Source: an uncultured Actinomycetes bacterium (GTDB taxonomy: Bacteria > Actinomycetota > Thermoleophilia > RBG-16-64-13). From it: DNA of 64,000 bases. The notes under the pieces were generated by a model that ran no database searches, had not been told where the DNA came from, and saw only the letters and a list, made by a program, of their open reading frames with translations. Below, piece after piece: positions 45,573-56,388 of the stretch (position 1 is the stretch's first letter; each line of letters begins with the position of its first letter). Where the stretch lies: NCBI GenBank assembly GCA_963814365.1, contig CAWFCL010000005.1, positions 68,219 through 132,218 on the forward strand, read 5' to 3'. A program made the position numbers and the translations under genes.

Positions 45573-47057
45573 ATGCCCGAGCCCACACTGGAACGTGCTC
45601 GGGAGCGACGAGACTACGAAAGGAGTGCCTCCATCGTATCGGCGGCGCTCGGCGTAGTCGGCAGTTCTGATCTGGCTATGCGAGGTCTGGCCGCGGCCGT
45701 CAAGCGAGTGGTCAAGACCGACCAGCAGACCATGACTGCTGAGTGGCTGAAGAACTACGTAGCACCAGGCAATCCCGGCAATACTTTCTTCAAGAACGTC
45801 TGTCATCTTCATCCTAATGTACGTAAACGCTACGTCGCCGGGACCATCGCCAACCTCTTCTATAGAGACCCAGAGTTCAGCGAGTCGCTCCTGAAGGAGA
45901 GAGGGGTCCAGTCGCCGATCTGCATGCTGATCAGCCCCTCCATGCGCTGCAACCTCAAGTGTGTGGGTTGCTACGCCTCCGAGTACGACAACGAAGACGA
46001 ACTGACCGAAGAACAAGTAGAGAGCATCATCACCCAAGGCGAAGATATCGGCTGCCGGTTCTTCATCATGTTGGGCGGCGAGCCCTTCGTGTGGAGACCG
46101 CTTCTGGATGTCGCCGAGCGGCACCACCAGTCGCAGTTCATGGTGTTCACCAACGCCACCATGATCAATGACCGAGTGGCCGATCGCATCGTTGAACTGG
46201 GCAACGTGTCTCCGGTCATCAGCATCGAAGGCTCCAAGGAGTCCACCGATGCCCGCCGGGGCGAAGGCACCTACGACCGCATCATGGCGGCCATGGACCG
46301 TCTGCGTGAGCGCGGCGCCTTCTTCGCCTACTCCTGCACGGGCACCAGCATGAACATCGACGAGATCGTGTCCGACGAGTTCGCCGACCTCATGGTGGAG
46401 AAGGGCGCGTTCTACGGCTGGTACTTCTTGTACATGCCGGTGGGACGCGACCCCGACCTCAAGCTGATGCCCAGCCCCGAACAGCGCAAGCAGCTGCATG
46501 ACGGTGTGGTGCGCATCCGCGGCACCCGCCCGCTGTTGTCCGTTGACTTCTGGGGCGACGGACCGCTCACCGGCGGCTGCCTGTCCGCGGGACGAAAGTA
46601 CCTACATATCAACAACAAGGGCGATGTGGAGCCCTGCATCTTCGCGCACTTCGCCGTGGACAACATCAAGGAGAAGTCGCTGGTCGACTGCCTCTGCTCA
46701 GACTTCTTCGGTGGTCTGCGCCGGTTGCAGCCCTTCGGCAAGAACCTGATGAGACCTTGCCCCATCATCGACCATCCGGAAGTGCTCAAGTATGCGGTAG
46801 AGCACGGAGGCGCCTACCCCACCCACGACGGTGCAGAGAGCCTATTTGATGAGCTCAAGCCCGGTCTGCACGAGTATGCTGCCGCGGTGAAAGAAGTCAT
46901 GGACCCGGTGTGGGATAACGACATGCCCTGGGTCCACAAGTGGCTCACCACCGACCCGCAGTATCAGGCGGCCCTGGACCGTCCTGGTGATGCTGAAGAC
47001 ATCATCGCGATGGAGGCCGAAGACTTGGACGCCGACGCGGTGGGTGCCCGCGACTAG
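45573..47057 (+). CDS. Radical SAM enzyme with a Cys-rich (SPASM/twitch-like) C-terminal domain
   Basis: CNLKCVGCY (CxxxCxxC), GGEPF, and later GGC...C....C..C...C cysteines. ATG 45573 follows AAAGGGGG. Confidence 0.85.
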   Translation: MPEPTLERARERRDYERSASIVSAALGVVGSSDLAMRGLAAAVKRVVKTDQQTMTAEWLKNYVAPGNPGNTFFKNVCHLHPNVRKRYVAGTIANLFYRDPEFSESLLKERGVQSPICMLISPSMRCNLKCVGCYASEYDNEDELTEEQVESIITQGEDIGCRFFIMLGGEPFVWRPLLDVAERHHQSQFMVFTNATMINDRVADRIVELGNVSPVISIEGSKESTDARRGEGTYDRIMAAMDRLRERGAFFAYSCTGTSMNIDEIVSDEFADLMVEKGAFYGWYFLYMPVGRDPDLKLMPSPEQRKQLHDGVVRIRGTRPLLSVDFWGDGPLTGGCLSAGRKYLHINNKGDVEPCIFAHFAVDNIKEKSLVDCLCSDFFGGLRRLQPFGKNLMRPCPIIDHPEVLKYAVEHGGAYPTHDGAESLFDELKPGLHEYAAAVKEVMDPVWDNDMPWVHKWLTTDPQYQAALDRPGDAEDIIAMEAEDLDADAVGARD

Positions 47058-47108
47058 CGGGATGGGCTTGCGAGAGACGCGACCGCTGCGCGGTCACCTA
47101 GTAGGTAG

Positions 47109-47134
47109 AGAGGGCCGGGGAAACCCGGCCCTCT
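47109..47134. terminator. Hairpin between the convergent radical-SAM and glyQS genes
   Basis: agagggccggg-gaaa-cccggccctct is a perfect 11-bp stem. Confidence 0.55.
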
Positions 47135-47174
47135 TCCGTTGTCCGCCCGCCTGGGCGTCACCCAACGGAAGCAT

Positions 47175-50100
47175 CTACGCCTGGATGAGCTCCAAGACTG
47201 CTACTTTGCGAACCAGTCCGGCTATCGCTGCCAATTGGCGCATCCGATTGAGCTTGACCTCTTCTTCTTTGGCCACGACCAACACCTCGTCGAAGTACCG
47301 GTCCACCGCCGGGCGCAGCGCCGCCAGGGCAGTGAGCGCCTCACCATACCGCCCAGCCGCTGTGGCCGGCGTCACCTTGGCCGTGGCCGCTGTGTATGCC
47401 GCAAACAACGCCTCTTCGGCCTCCACCTGGAACAGCTTCGGGTGGACGCCCCCGTCGGGCTTGATGGCCGCCTCTGCCGCATCGTCACCCGGCAGCTTCT
47501 TGGCCAGGTTGGCCGGGCGATTGAAGATGGTCACCAAATCTTCCCACTGATCCCCGGCGCGAAACTCCTGCAGCGCTTGAGCGCGCGCCTTCAAGTCTAG
47601 GAAGTCACGAGAGGTGGGCAGCACGGCGTCCACAGTGTCACGAGCCAGGCCGTCGTCAGTGAGGCTCTTGGCAAGTCGTTCCAGGACAAAGGCCGTCGCC
47701 TCCGCCACCACTGTTGTGCGGTCGACCAACTGGGGGAAGCGCTCCAGCTGCTCGTAGGCCTTGTCCAGGAGCGCCTGCACGTCGTAGCGCAGACCGTGCT
47801 CCATGGCGATGGCCACCATGCCCGCCGCGGCGCGGCGCAGGCCGTGTGGGTCCTTGGAGCCCGATGGGGGTTCGCCGCAGGCGAACCCCGCGACGATATT
47901 GTCCACCTTCTCGGCCGTCGCCAGCAACGCGCCCGGCAACGTCTTGGGTACGACGCCGCCGGCGGCGTCGGGGAGAAACTGCTCGCGGATAGCCTGGGCG
48001 ACCTCTGGCTCATGCCCTTCCATCAGGGCATACGTCTCGCCCATGACGCCCTCCAGGTCGGCGAACTCGCGCACCATCACCGACACCTGGTCGGCCTTGC
48101 TGAGTCGGGCGGCTTCGAGCACGCGCTCCCGGGCTTTGCCGGGAGCGCCGGCCACCTCGGCCAAGTACCCTGTCAGGGCCACCAGCCGGTCGGTCTTGTC
48201 CTTCATGGTCCCGGCCTTGATGTGGAAGACGATCTTATCCAGCTGCGAGACCATCTGCTCCAGGCCCATGGCCTTGTCCTTCTCGAACGAGAACTCGGCG
48301 TCCTCTATCCGCCCTTCGAGCACCCGCAGGTTGCCCGCCGTGATCTGCTCCAAGTGATCGGGGTCACCGTTTGTGACGAACAGGAACTTGTTGGAGAGCT
48401 TCCCCTTGTCGTCCAGGAGGGGGAAGTAGCGCTGATGCGACTGCATGGCTGTCTCGAGGACCTCGGCCGGCAGGCTGAGATGGTGCCCCTCGAACTGAGC
48501 GCAGGCCACCGTAGGCCACTCGTTCAGAAAGAGGACCTCCTCCAGCTTGCCCTTGGGGTCGATCCACTCAAGGCCCTGCTCACCGGCCAGCCTGTCCAGT
48601 TCGGAGCGTATGAGCTGTTCTCGCTTCGCATGGTCGACCACCACGCTCGCCATCGCCATGTCCTCAACGTAGTCGGTAGGACGCTTGACCTCGACAGACT
48701 TGCCCAGCCACCGGTGTCCCTGACTCACCCGACCCGAGACAAGACCGGCGATGCCAAACGGCAGTACCGTATCGCCCCACAGGGCGACCAGCCAGCGGAT
48801 GGGCCGCGAAAAGCGCACCCCACGCTCCTCCCAGCGCATGTTCTTGGGAAAGTACATGTCACGAACGATCTTGTGGCATATAGCGGGCAGCAGCCCGGCC
48901 GTGGGACGACTCTCGCTCAGAGTGACGTAATAGACGAAGCTACGGCCGCCTTCTTCTCGCACCTGCAGATCCTCGACCGCGATCCCCTTGGCTCGGGCAA
49001 AACCTTCGCAGGCCTTGGTGGGCTTGCCGTCTGCGTCAAAGGCTGCCTCTACCGCCGGTCCGCGCTGCGCGATCTCGCGCGGGGCTTGGGACCCAGGCAC
49101 GTCCTTGATCAGGACAGCTATTCTCCGTGGCGAGACCATGACCTTGACGTCAGAGGCCGCTACATCCACCCCCTCGGCCGCCAAGAGACCGGACACCCGC
49201 TCAGGCAGCAGGTCTATCGCTGCACGACAGGCCGACGCCGGCATCTCCTCCACGCCTATCTCCAGCAAGAAGTCGCGGTCCTCGTCGTGATGCGGCCAGA
49301 CCCAGTCACTCTCTATCGCCGACTCTTCAGCGACAGAAACGGCCGGTTGGGAGGCCGCATCGGCAGCCACTGCCTCTTCCGCGGTCAGTTCGGACACATA
49401 TGCCTCGGCCACCTTGCGGGCGATGTTGCGCACCCGGGCTATGTAACCGGTGCGCTCGGTGACACTGATGGCGCCCCGAGCGTCGAGCAGGTTGAACATG
49501 TGTGAGGTCTTAAGTACGAAGTCGTACGCAGGCCTGGTCAGCCCCAAAGCCAAGCAGCGCTCACACTCACTCTCATAGTCGGTGAACGACTTCTGCAAGA
49601 GCGGTATGTCGGCCAACTCGAAGTTGTAGACCGACCACTGGGCCTCGCTCCGCTTGTACACATCACCATAAGAGACGCCCGGCACCCACTCCAGGTCGTA
49701 GACATTGTCCTTGCCCTGCAGGTACATGGCCAGCCGTTCGGTGCCATAAGTGAGCTCAACACTGGTGGGGTTGAGATCGATGCCGCCCACCTGCTGAAAG
49801 TAGGTGAACTGGGTGCACTCCATGCCGTCTATCCAGACCTCCCAGCCAAGCCCCCAGGCCCCCAGTGTGGGCGACTCCCAATCGTCTTCTACGAAGCGCA
49901 CGTCATGTTTGCTGAGGTCTATGCCCAAGTGCTCCAGCGAGGCCAGATACAAGTCCTGCACGTCGTCCGGACAGGGCTTGAGTATCACCTGGTACTGATA
50001 GTAGTGACCCAGACGGTAGGGGTTCTCGCCGTAACGCCCATCGGTCGGGCGGATGGACGGCTCTACGTACGCTACCTTCCACGAATCCGGGCCCAGCACC

Positions 50101-50240
50101 TTGAGAAAGGTGGCCGGGTTGAAGGTACCTGCCCCCACCTCAGTGTGGTGCGGCTGCCATATTATGCAGCCCTGCTTGGCCCAGAACTCCTGCAGGCCCA
50201 GCAGCACGTCTTGAAAGGTGGGCGGCTTCTTGGCACTCAC
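47175..50240 (-). CDS. glyQS: Glycine--tRNA ligase, fused alpha+beta subunits
   Basis: N-terminus [17 protein letters not shown]...[18 protein letters not shown] is the alpha subunit. It is joined by a short linker to a full beta subunit; 1021 aa in one frame. Confidence 0.95.
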   Translation of the reverse strand: MSAKKPPTFQDVLLGLQEFWAKQGCIIWQPHHTEVGAGTFNPATFLKVLGPDSWKVAYVEPSIRPTDGRYGENPYRLGHYYQYQVILKPCPDDVQDLYLASLEHLGIDLSKHDVRFVEDDWESPTLGAWGLGWEVWIDGMECTQFTYFQQVGGIDLNPTSVELTYGTERLAMYLQGKDNVYDLEWVPGVSYGDVYKRSEAQWSVYNFELADIPLLQKSFTDYESECERCLALGLTRPAYDFVLKTSHMFNLLDARGAISVTERTGYIARVRNIARKVAEAYVSELTAEEAVAADAASQPAVSVAEESAIESDWVWPHHDEDRDFLLEIGVEEMPASACRAAIDLLPERVSGLLAAEGVDVAASDVKVMVSPRRIAVLIKDVPGSQAPREIAQRGPAVEAAFDADGKPTKACEGFARAKGIAVEDLQVREEGGRSFVYYVTLSESRPTAGLLPAICHKIVRDMYFPKNMRWEERGVRFSRPIRWLVALWGDTVLPFGIAGLVSGRVSQGHRWLGKSVEVKRPTDYVEDMAMASVVVDHAKREQLIRSELDRLAGEQGLEWIDPKGKLEEVLFLNEWPTVACAQFEGHHLSLPAEVLETAMQSHQRYFPLLDDKGKLSNKFLFVTNGDPDHLEQITAGNLRVLEGRIEDAEFSFEKDKAMGLEQMVSQLDKIVFHIKAGTMKDKTDRLVALTGYLAEVAGAPGKARERVLEAARLSKADQVSVMVREFADLEGVMGETYALMEGHEPEVAQAIREQFLPDAAGGVVPKTLPGALLATAEKVDNIVAGFACGEPPSGSKDPHGLRRAAAGMVAIAMEHGLRYDVQALLDKAYEQLERFPQLVDRTTVVAEATAFVLERLAKSLTDDGLARDTVDAVLPTSRDFLDLKARAQALQEFRAGDQWEDLVTIFNRPANLAKKLPGDDAAEAAIKPDGGVHPKLFQVEAEEALFAAYTAATAKVTPATAAGRYGEALTALAALRPAVDRYFDEVLVVAKEEEVKLNRMRQLAAIAGLVRKVAVLELIQA

Positions 50241-50270
50241 TTGGTCTCCAGGTCTAGGGTAGAGGGATTA

Positions 50271-52268
50271 TCACGGCCCAACAGTAGTAGTCGTCGGCGC
50301 CACGGTAGTCGAGGTCGTGGGGGGCGCGGTGGTCGTAGTCGGCGCCCTAGCCACGGTCAGCTTCACCGTAGTACCTTGCGGCACCAAAGTACCCGCCACT
50401 GGATCCTGCTGGATGACTATGTCCGGCGAGAAGTCCTTGGTCTCGTAGTACTCCACGATCACCTTGAGGTTGTACTCGGCCAGCAGGCTCGTGGCCTGGT
50501 CGAGTTTCATGCCCACCTGAGCGACCGGCGGCACCCTGACCATGTTCACTACCGGGGCGTTGCTCACTTCGAGCGCCACCTCGCTACCTGCCTGCACCGG
50601 AGTGCCGGTCGGCGGATCCTGCTTTAGAACCGTGCCACCGGGCAGATCGGAGTCAACTTCTGTGACCTTGGGAACGAGGCCCAGTTGGATCAGAACGTTC
50701 TCGGCGGCCGCACGGCTGAGGCCCAACAAGCTGGGGACCAAGACCATGTTGTTTGGCACAGCCACCCAGATGGTGACCGTGGTACCGGGGTCGACTATGT
50801 TGCCCGAGGCCGGTTCCTGCCTCTGTACGTAGTTGACCTTGGCGGTATCGTCGGTGGGCTCCTCTTCTACGAGCACCTCCAAGCCAAGGGCTTCGAGCTT
50901 GTCGATGGCCGTATAGCGGTCCAGCCCCACGACAACAGGTATCTGCACCGGACCTCCGCCTGACGATATGTAGACGGTGACGCTCTGGCCCTTCCTCATG
51001 GGCGTGCCCGCCTCAGGCGCCTGATCACCCACGAGGTTCTCGGCGACGTCAGCCGAAGGACGGGTGCCCCCATTCTCCATCTTGAAGCCGGCGTCGGACA
51101 GAGTCCTCTCCGCCTCCTCCAAGCTCAGTCCGACCACGTTGGGCACCGCGCCCAGTTCCCCGGGACCACCCCACGTGACGATGATGACCGCGGTGACCAC
51201 CAAGGCCACCAACAGTGCCGCCACAGCCCCCCAAAGCGCCCAGTTCCGTTTCTTGCCCGAGTCGTTCCCGAAGTACTCCTCGGGGAGCGGATCCCCCTCT
51301 ATCGGACCCCGGGGGGCCCCGGCGTCCCTCATCGTGGAGCGCGCGCCCCACTCAGCAGCATCGGAGGCGTCGGACCCGACACCGAAGAGTCTCGTACCTT
51401 GACCCCCGGAAACCCCGGGCGCGTCCACCGGTTCGCCTTCTTGCACCTTCCATAGATCGTCGAGCATAGCTTGAGCCGTCAGGTAGCGCGCGATGGGCTC
51501 CTTGGCCATGGCCCGCAAGATCACGGCTTCCAGGTTCTCAGGGATGTCGGGCACGAAAGCACTCGGAGGACGGGGAGCGTCGTTGACGTGCTGCATGGCT
51601 ATGCCGACCGAGTTCTCACCATCGAAGGGGAGTCTCCCCGTCGCCATCTCGTACATCACCACGCCGAGTGAGTAGAGGTCGGAGGCCGCCTCCACCGGTA
51701 GACCCTGAGCCTGCTCTGGCGAGATGTAGTGGGCGGTGCCTATGCTGGTGCCCACCTCAGTGAGCGACGCCCCGCCGCGAGCGCGGGCGATGCCGAAGTC
51801 GGTTACCTTCACCCTGCCTTCGTCATCGATGATTATGTTCTGAGGCTTGATGTCGCGGTGGATGATGTCGCGTCGATGCACGTAGCGGAGGGCTTCGACT
51901 ATCTGTCTGGCCACCGACACGATCAACTCGGAGTCGAGCGGAGCATATTTCAGGATTATGTCCTTGAGCGACCGCCCCGGCAGGTACTCCATCGCGATGT
52001 AGTAGGTTCCCTCGGCCTCTCCCTTGTCGTACACCTGCACGATGTTGGGATGGTTGAGGCTGGCAGCCGCAGCCGCCTCGCGCCTGAAGCGCTCGATGAA
52101 CTCACGATCGTTCGTGAACTGGGCCGAGAGGACCTTGAGCGCCACTTGCCTGCCCAAGACACGGTCTTTAGCCAGGTAGACATCGGCCATGCCGCCGCTG
52201 CCGACCTTTCTGATAACCTCGTAGCGTTCGTCGAACACTCGCCCTATCACTGCCCTATCACCATCCAA
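50271..52268 (-). CDS. pknB: Ser/Thr protein kinase with four PASTA domains
   Basis: GSGGMADVYLA...ALKVL, HRDIKPQN, DFG and a single TM, then 4 PASTA-like repeats. The start codon is uncertain (TTG 52268). Confidence 0.9.
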   Translation of the reverse strand: MDGDRAVIGRVFDERYEVIRKVGSGGMADVYLAKDRVLGRQVALKVLSAQFTNDREFIERFRREAAAAASLNHPNIVQVYDKGEAEGTYYIAMEYLPGRSLKDIILKYAPLDSELIVSVARQIVEALRYVHRRDIIHRDIKPQNIIIDDEGRVKVTDFGIARARGGASLTEVGTSIGTAHYISPEQAQGLPVEAASDLYSLGVVMYEMATGRLPFDGENSVGIAMQHVNDAPRPPSAFVPDIPENLEAVILRAMAKEPIARYLTAQAMLDDLWKVQEGEPVDAPGVSGGQGTRLFGVGSDASDAAEWGARSTMRDAGAPRGPIEGDPLPEEYFGNDSGKKRNWALWGAVAALLVALVVTAVIIVTWGGPGELGAVPNVVGLSLEEAERTLSDAGFKMENGGTRPSADVAENLVGDQAPEAGTPMRKGQSVTVYISSGGGPVQIPVVVGLDRYTAIDKLEALGLEVLVEEEPTDDTAKVNYVQRQEPASGNIVDPGTTVTIWVAVPNNMVLVPSLLGLSRAAAENVLIQLGLVPKVTEVDSDLPGGTVLKQDPPTGTPVQAGSEVALEVSNAPVVNMVRVPPVAQVGMKLDQATSLLAEYNLKVIVEYYETKDFSPDIVIQQDPVAGTLVPQGTTVKLTVARAPTTTTAPPTTSTTVAPTTTTVGP

Positions 52269-52329
52269 CGCGCTCCTGCTCTTGCCCGCCCCTGCGGCCT
52301 GAATCCAGATAGTATCTCACCCAAGACGC

Positions 52330-53713
52330 TCATCGCTCCAGAGCTGCCGCCATCACCTTGCGCGCAATGGGAGCGGCGACGCTGCCTCCGGTGCCCGCGT
52401 TCTCCACTATCACAGCCACCACTACGCTCGGATCTTCAGCCGACGCGAAGCTGACGAACCAGGCGTGGGATTCAGCGTCGGCGACTTCCGCGGTGCCCGT
52501 CTTGCCCGCAACCTGGACGCCGCCCAGAGCCGCGGCGGTTCCCGTGCCGCTCCTGACCACCCGCAGCATCAGATCCTTCAACGTGGCTGCGGTAGCACCG
52601 GAGATGGGTTGCGACCAGACGGCCGGGTCGGCCGTTCGTATGACTGTGCCTTTGGCGCTGGTGACCTTTGCGACTATGTAGGGCTTCATCATCTTCCCGT
52701 CGTTGGCCACCGCGGCCGTGACCAGAGCCATCCCCAAGGGCGAGGCCAGCACTTCTCCTTGCCCGAAAGCCGCTTGGGCGACGTGAGCCACATCCATACT
52801 GGCCGGGTCGGGGAAACGGCCGTCCGCGCCGCCCAGGGGCCAAGGCGGTACCTGCCCGAAACCGAATGACTTGGCGTAGCCTGACAGAGATCTCGGCCCC
52901 AAGCTCCACGCCCAGTTTGGCGAAGGTGGTGTTGATACTGCTGGCGAAGGCCTTGGCGAAGTCGTGCTTGCCGTAGACCTTGTCATCGTAGTTGGACACC
53001 TCGTAGCCACCGGCGGTGTAGGTACCCGTGTCATCAAACTCTGTGTCCGCCGTCACCTTGCCGGTCTCGAGCGCGGCCGCGGCGACGATGATCTTGAACA
53101 CCGACCCCGGTGGGTAGAGACCAAGCGTCGCCCGATTCAACAAGGGCCTGCCCTCGTCCACGCTGATGTCAGCCCAGATGTCCTCCAGCCGGTTGGGATC
53201 GTAGCGCGGATACGAGACCATCGCGATGACGGCTCCGGTCCGTGGATCGAGGGCGACGACGGCGCCCTTGCGCTCACCCAAGGCGTTGATAGCCGCCGCC
53301 TGCACGCCCATGTCGATAGTGAGTTCCAGGTCAGCGCCCTGCCGCGCGCCGGTTATCTGGTTGATGACGCCCAAGGTGCCCGATTGGCCCGTGAGGTCCT
53401 GGTTGTAGACCCTCTCGATACCGGCCCGTCCGTAGATAAGGCTGTTGTAGCCCAGCCAGGGCGCCGTAGAGGTACCCTTGGGATAGGTGCGCTCGTAGTC
53501 TTCGCCCATCTTGATGTTGTCGGCCAGCAAGACCCCGTCCGCCGAGTAGATCTTGCCTCGCTCTATCTGCATCTCCTCTTCGATAGCCCGAGTGTTGGTG
53601 GGCTCGATCTTGAGCTTGGGCGCATCGATCACCTGCACGTACGTGAGCTGCAGCACCAGAGCCACAAACAGCAGCGAGAAGAATAGAAAGAGGCGGCGCA
53701 CCGGCTTATCCAT
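52330..53713 (-). CDS. pbpA: Penicillin-binding protein A-type transpeptidase; frame-disrupted at about 52886-52892
   Basis: SVFK (SxxK), SSIN (SxN) and KTGT motifs. The N-part ends ...KLGVELGAEI and the C-part continues LSGYAKSFGFGQ in the adjacent frame. Confidence 0.85.
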
Positions 53714-55003
53714 CTATACCGCCTTTTTGACGACCGGGTCAGACCGGTCGCTGATGCGCAGCAGAAGAGCCACCAGGACGAAGTTGGCCACCACGGAGCT
53801 GCCACCGTAGCTGACAAAAGGCAGGGTGATGCCGGTCAGCGGGATGAGTTTGGTCACTCCACCCATGATCAAGAAGGCCTGTAGGGCGAAGATGCTGGTG
53901 AGCCCGGTCGCCAGCAACCGTCTGAAGTCGTCCCCGGCCTTGGTGGCAATGCGGAAGCCTCGATACGCGAACAGCAAGAAGAGCAGGATGATAGCCACTG
54001 CACCAACAAGCCCCAGCTCCTCCCCGATGGCCGAGAAGATAAAGTCGGTCTCTACATAGGGTATACGCGGTCGGCCAGAGGGAAGCATAAGGTAGCCCTG
54101 GCCTAACCCCCTGCCAAGCAGCCCTCCCGAGGCCAACGCAAACAGCGATTGGACGATCTGATACCCCTTGTTCTCGGCGTCGGCCCAAGGGTCCAGCCAA
54201 ATGTCCACCCGGGTCTGAACGTGAGGGAAGACCAAGTACAGAAACACTCCGCCCACCGCGACCAAGACCAGTCCGATGAGCACGTAGAAGACGCGTCCGG
54301 TGGCCGCGTAAAGCAATGCAAGCAGCGCGCCGAAGAAGAGCATGCTCGTCCCCAGGTCTTTCATGAACACCATGAGGGCCATGGAGATAGCCCAGACTAT
54401 CAACAGGGGAGCCAGGTACCGCAGCGGCGGTAAGGGCACACCCAGTATGCGTCTTGTGCTCACCGTCAGCACCTCGCGGATATCCACCAGGTATCCGGCG
54501 AAGAAGATGACTAACAGTATCTTGGCAAACTCACCGGGCTGGAAGCCCACCGGTCCGATGTTGACCCAGAGCCTGGCGCCGTTGATCTCTTGGCCCAAGA
54601 AAGCGGTCAGCAGAAGAGTCAGCAAGCCAAGTATGCCCACCGGGAACCGCAACTTGCAGAGCACCCTCATGTCGCGAAATACTGCCAAGACCAGCAGAAA
54701 CGCCCCTATGCCGGCCACGAACCACAGCGACTGTTTGAAGGCCAGTGATTCCCTCAGCCTGAAGATAAAGACCATGCCCACAGTGGAGAGCAGAGCAGCG
54801 AGCGGCAAGAGATACGGGTCTGAGTTGCGCGCCAGGAAGCGAGTGCCCAGATGGGCTACCGCGAACAGGATCACAAAGATCGCCGCGTACAGAAGAGGCC
54901 CTACCCCAGACCACCCCATCTGAAAGTAGACAAGCACGAACCCCAAGACGGTCAGTAATAGGGCCGGCGTCAGAAGCAGGAATTCGCGGTTGCGCAGCCT
55001 CAA
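53714..55003 (-). CDS. rodA: FtsW/RodA/SpoVE family peptidoglycan polymerase
   Basis: About 10 TM helices, with QPGEFAKI and ETDFIFSAIGEELG motifs. Overlaps the pstP stop by 4 nt. Confidence 0.9.
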   Translation of the reverse strand: MRLRNREFLLLTPALLLTVLGFVLVYFQMGWSGVGPLLYAAIFVILFAVAHLGTRFLARNSDPYLLPLAALLSTVGMVFIFRLRESLAFKQSLWFVAGIGAFLLVLAVFRDMRVLCKLRFPVGILGLLTLLLTAFLGQEINGARLWVNIGPVGFQPGEFAKILLVIFFAGYLVDIREVLTVSTRRILGVPLPPLRYLAPLLIVWAISMALMVFMKDLGTSMLFFGALLALLYAATGRVFYVLIGLVLVAVGGVFLYLVFPHVQTRVDIWLDPWADAENKGYQIVQSLFALASGGLLGRGLGQGYLMLPSGRPRIPYVETDFIFSAIGEELGLVGAVAIILLFLLFAYRGFRIATKAGDDFRRLLATGLTSIFALQAFLIMGGVTKLIPLTGITLPFVSYGGSSVVANFVLVALLLRISDRSDPVVKKAV

Positions 55004-56388
55004 AGCCCCGTACTCAACCCATCCAGGAACTGCTCACCCTCTTCCTTGCTGAGCAGTTCGTGCGAATCCACCCGTGTCTTGTCGAACGGACTCAACTCGC
55101 CGTAGTCGACCGGAGCCACCCTGTATACCGAAGAGAAATCGATCCCCAATGGCTCCCAGGGTAGGCCCCGGTAGAGAGCAACCTTGCCACCGTTTTCACC
55201 CACGTAGTAGACGGTCGAGTTGTACCAGGCGAATCCGCCCACCGCGACGACCAGTATCAACAGGACTATCACCGAGACCATCAACCATCTGCGCCCGCGA
55301 CGGTGCTTGGCAGAAGTGGTCTTTGGGCGCTTCTCGCCGCCTGCCTCCGCAGTGGGCAGAGGCACTGCCTCGGGGGCGAGCCCGTCTGCTCCCGCACCCG
55401 TTTCCTCGGCCGTGCCCTTAGCCGGCACACCTTCATCGGGACTGCTCTGGATCGATTCGCCTCCGCTTGGGGCTCCGTGCGGCTCCTCGGCGGCTGCTGC
55501 ATCGCCGGGACGCGAACCGGGACGCGCGACCGCATGACCTCGCCTACGCAACCGCTCCCGCGCTGCTTGGCTCAGGCGGTCCATACCGTGCGGACTCGTC
55601 GAGGCCGACGCTTCCCTGTTGTTCGGCCCCATGAGTATGCGTGAATCAGACCATGAAGACCCCTCACCGTCTTCGCCCCCCATGGCTGAGGCAAGATCCA
55701 CGACCACCACGGTCACATTGTCCTCGCCACCGTTCTCCAGCGCCGCGTCCACAAGGGCCTGCGCCGTGGCCTGAGCGTCTCTCTCTGCACTCAGTAGCTC
55801 TTGGATGGTCTCGTCATCCACCATGCCGGTGAGACCGTCGCTGCATATCAAGACACGGTCGCCCGGCTCGACGCGCAACTCCAGCAGGTCCGGCTCCAAG
55901 ATCATGTCGGTGCCCAACGCCCTTGTTATGACACTACGGTGTGGGTGCCTAGCCGCCTGCTCGGGAGTGAGTTCACCGCGACGCACCATCTCACCCACCC
56001 ACGAGTGGTCGGCTGTGACCTGCTTCAGCTCGCCATCGTGCAGCAAGTAGGCCCGCGAATCACCCACGTGGGCCACAAACAGAGCGTCGTCCACTATCAA
56101 CGCCGCCGTCATGGTGGTCCCCATGCCCAGTAGCTCGCCTTGCGTGGTGCTGCGTTGGATTATCGCGGTGTTGGCCTTGACTATCGCTTGCCGCAATTCC
56201 TCAATGCCCGCGGAAGCTGGGTCTACACTCAGCAGGCCTAGGCAGGCCATCTGCGACGCTACCTCGCCGGCCCGCGCCCCGCCCATGCCGTCACACACCG
56301 CGTAGAGTCCCGGCCGCAGAAGAAAAGAGTCCTCGTTGGCAGACCGAACGTTGCCGCAGTCACTGACTACCCCCGCCTTCAGGAGCAT
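55000..56388 (-). CDS. pstP: PP2C-family Ser/Thr phosphatase with a C-terminal TM/extracellular segment
   Basis: G.VR..NED.F......AVCDGMGG...GE.AS...; ...SDGL.... Confidence 0.9.
   Translation of the reverse strand: MLLKAGVVSDCGNVRSANEDSFLLRPGLYAVCDGMGGARAGEVASQMACLGLLSVDPASAGIEELRQAIVKANTAIIQRSTTQGELLGMGTTMTAALIVDDALFVAHVGDSRAYLLHDGELKQVTADHSWVGEMVRRGELTPEQAARHPHRSVITRALGTDMILEPDLLELRVEPGDRVLICSDGLTGMVDDETIQELLSAERDAQATAQALVDAALENGGEDNVTVVVVDLASAMGGEDGEGSSWSDSRILMGPNNREASASTSPHGMDRLSQAARERLRRRGHAVARPGSRPGDAAAAEEPHGAPSGGESIQSSPDEGVPAKGTAEETGAGADGLAPEAVPLPTAEAGGEKRPKTTSAKHRRGRRWLMVSVIVLLILVVAVGGFAWYNSTVYYVGENGGKVALYRGLPWEPLGIDFSSVYRVAPVDYGELSPFDKTRVDSHELLSKEEGEQFLDGLSTGL

Noticed and set aside
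45372-46499. A 375-aa minus-strand ORF opposite the radical-SAM gene
   Set aside because: It overlaps a gene with clear CxxxCxxC and GGEPF motifs. Its own translation has no motifs and an antisense-type composition.
47796-49505. A 569-aa ORF on the plus strand opposite glyQS, plus the smaller ORFs at 47597-48013 and 47803-48357
   Set aside because: Antisense or alternative frames of an unambiguous glycyl-tRNA synthetase gene, with low-complexity Arg/Gly/His composition.
50241-50270. A T-box leader upstream of glyQS
   Set aside because: Only 30 nt separate glyQS from the pknB stop, which is far too short for a T-box (about 200 nt or more).
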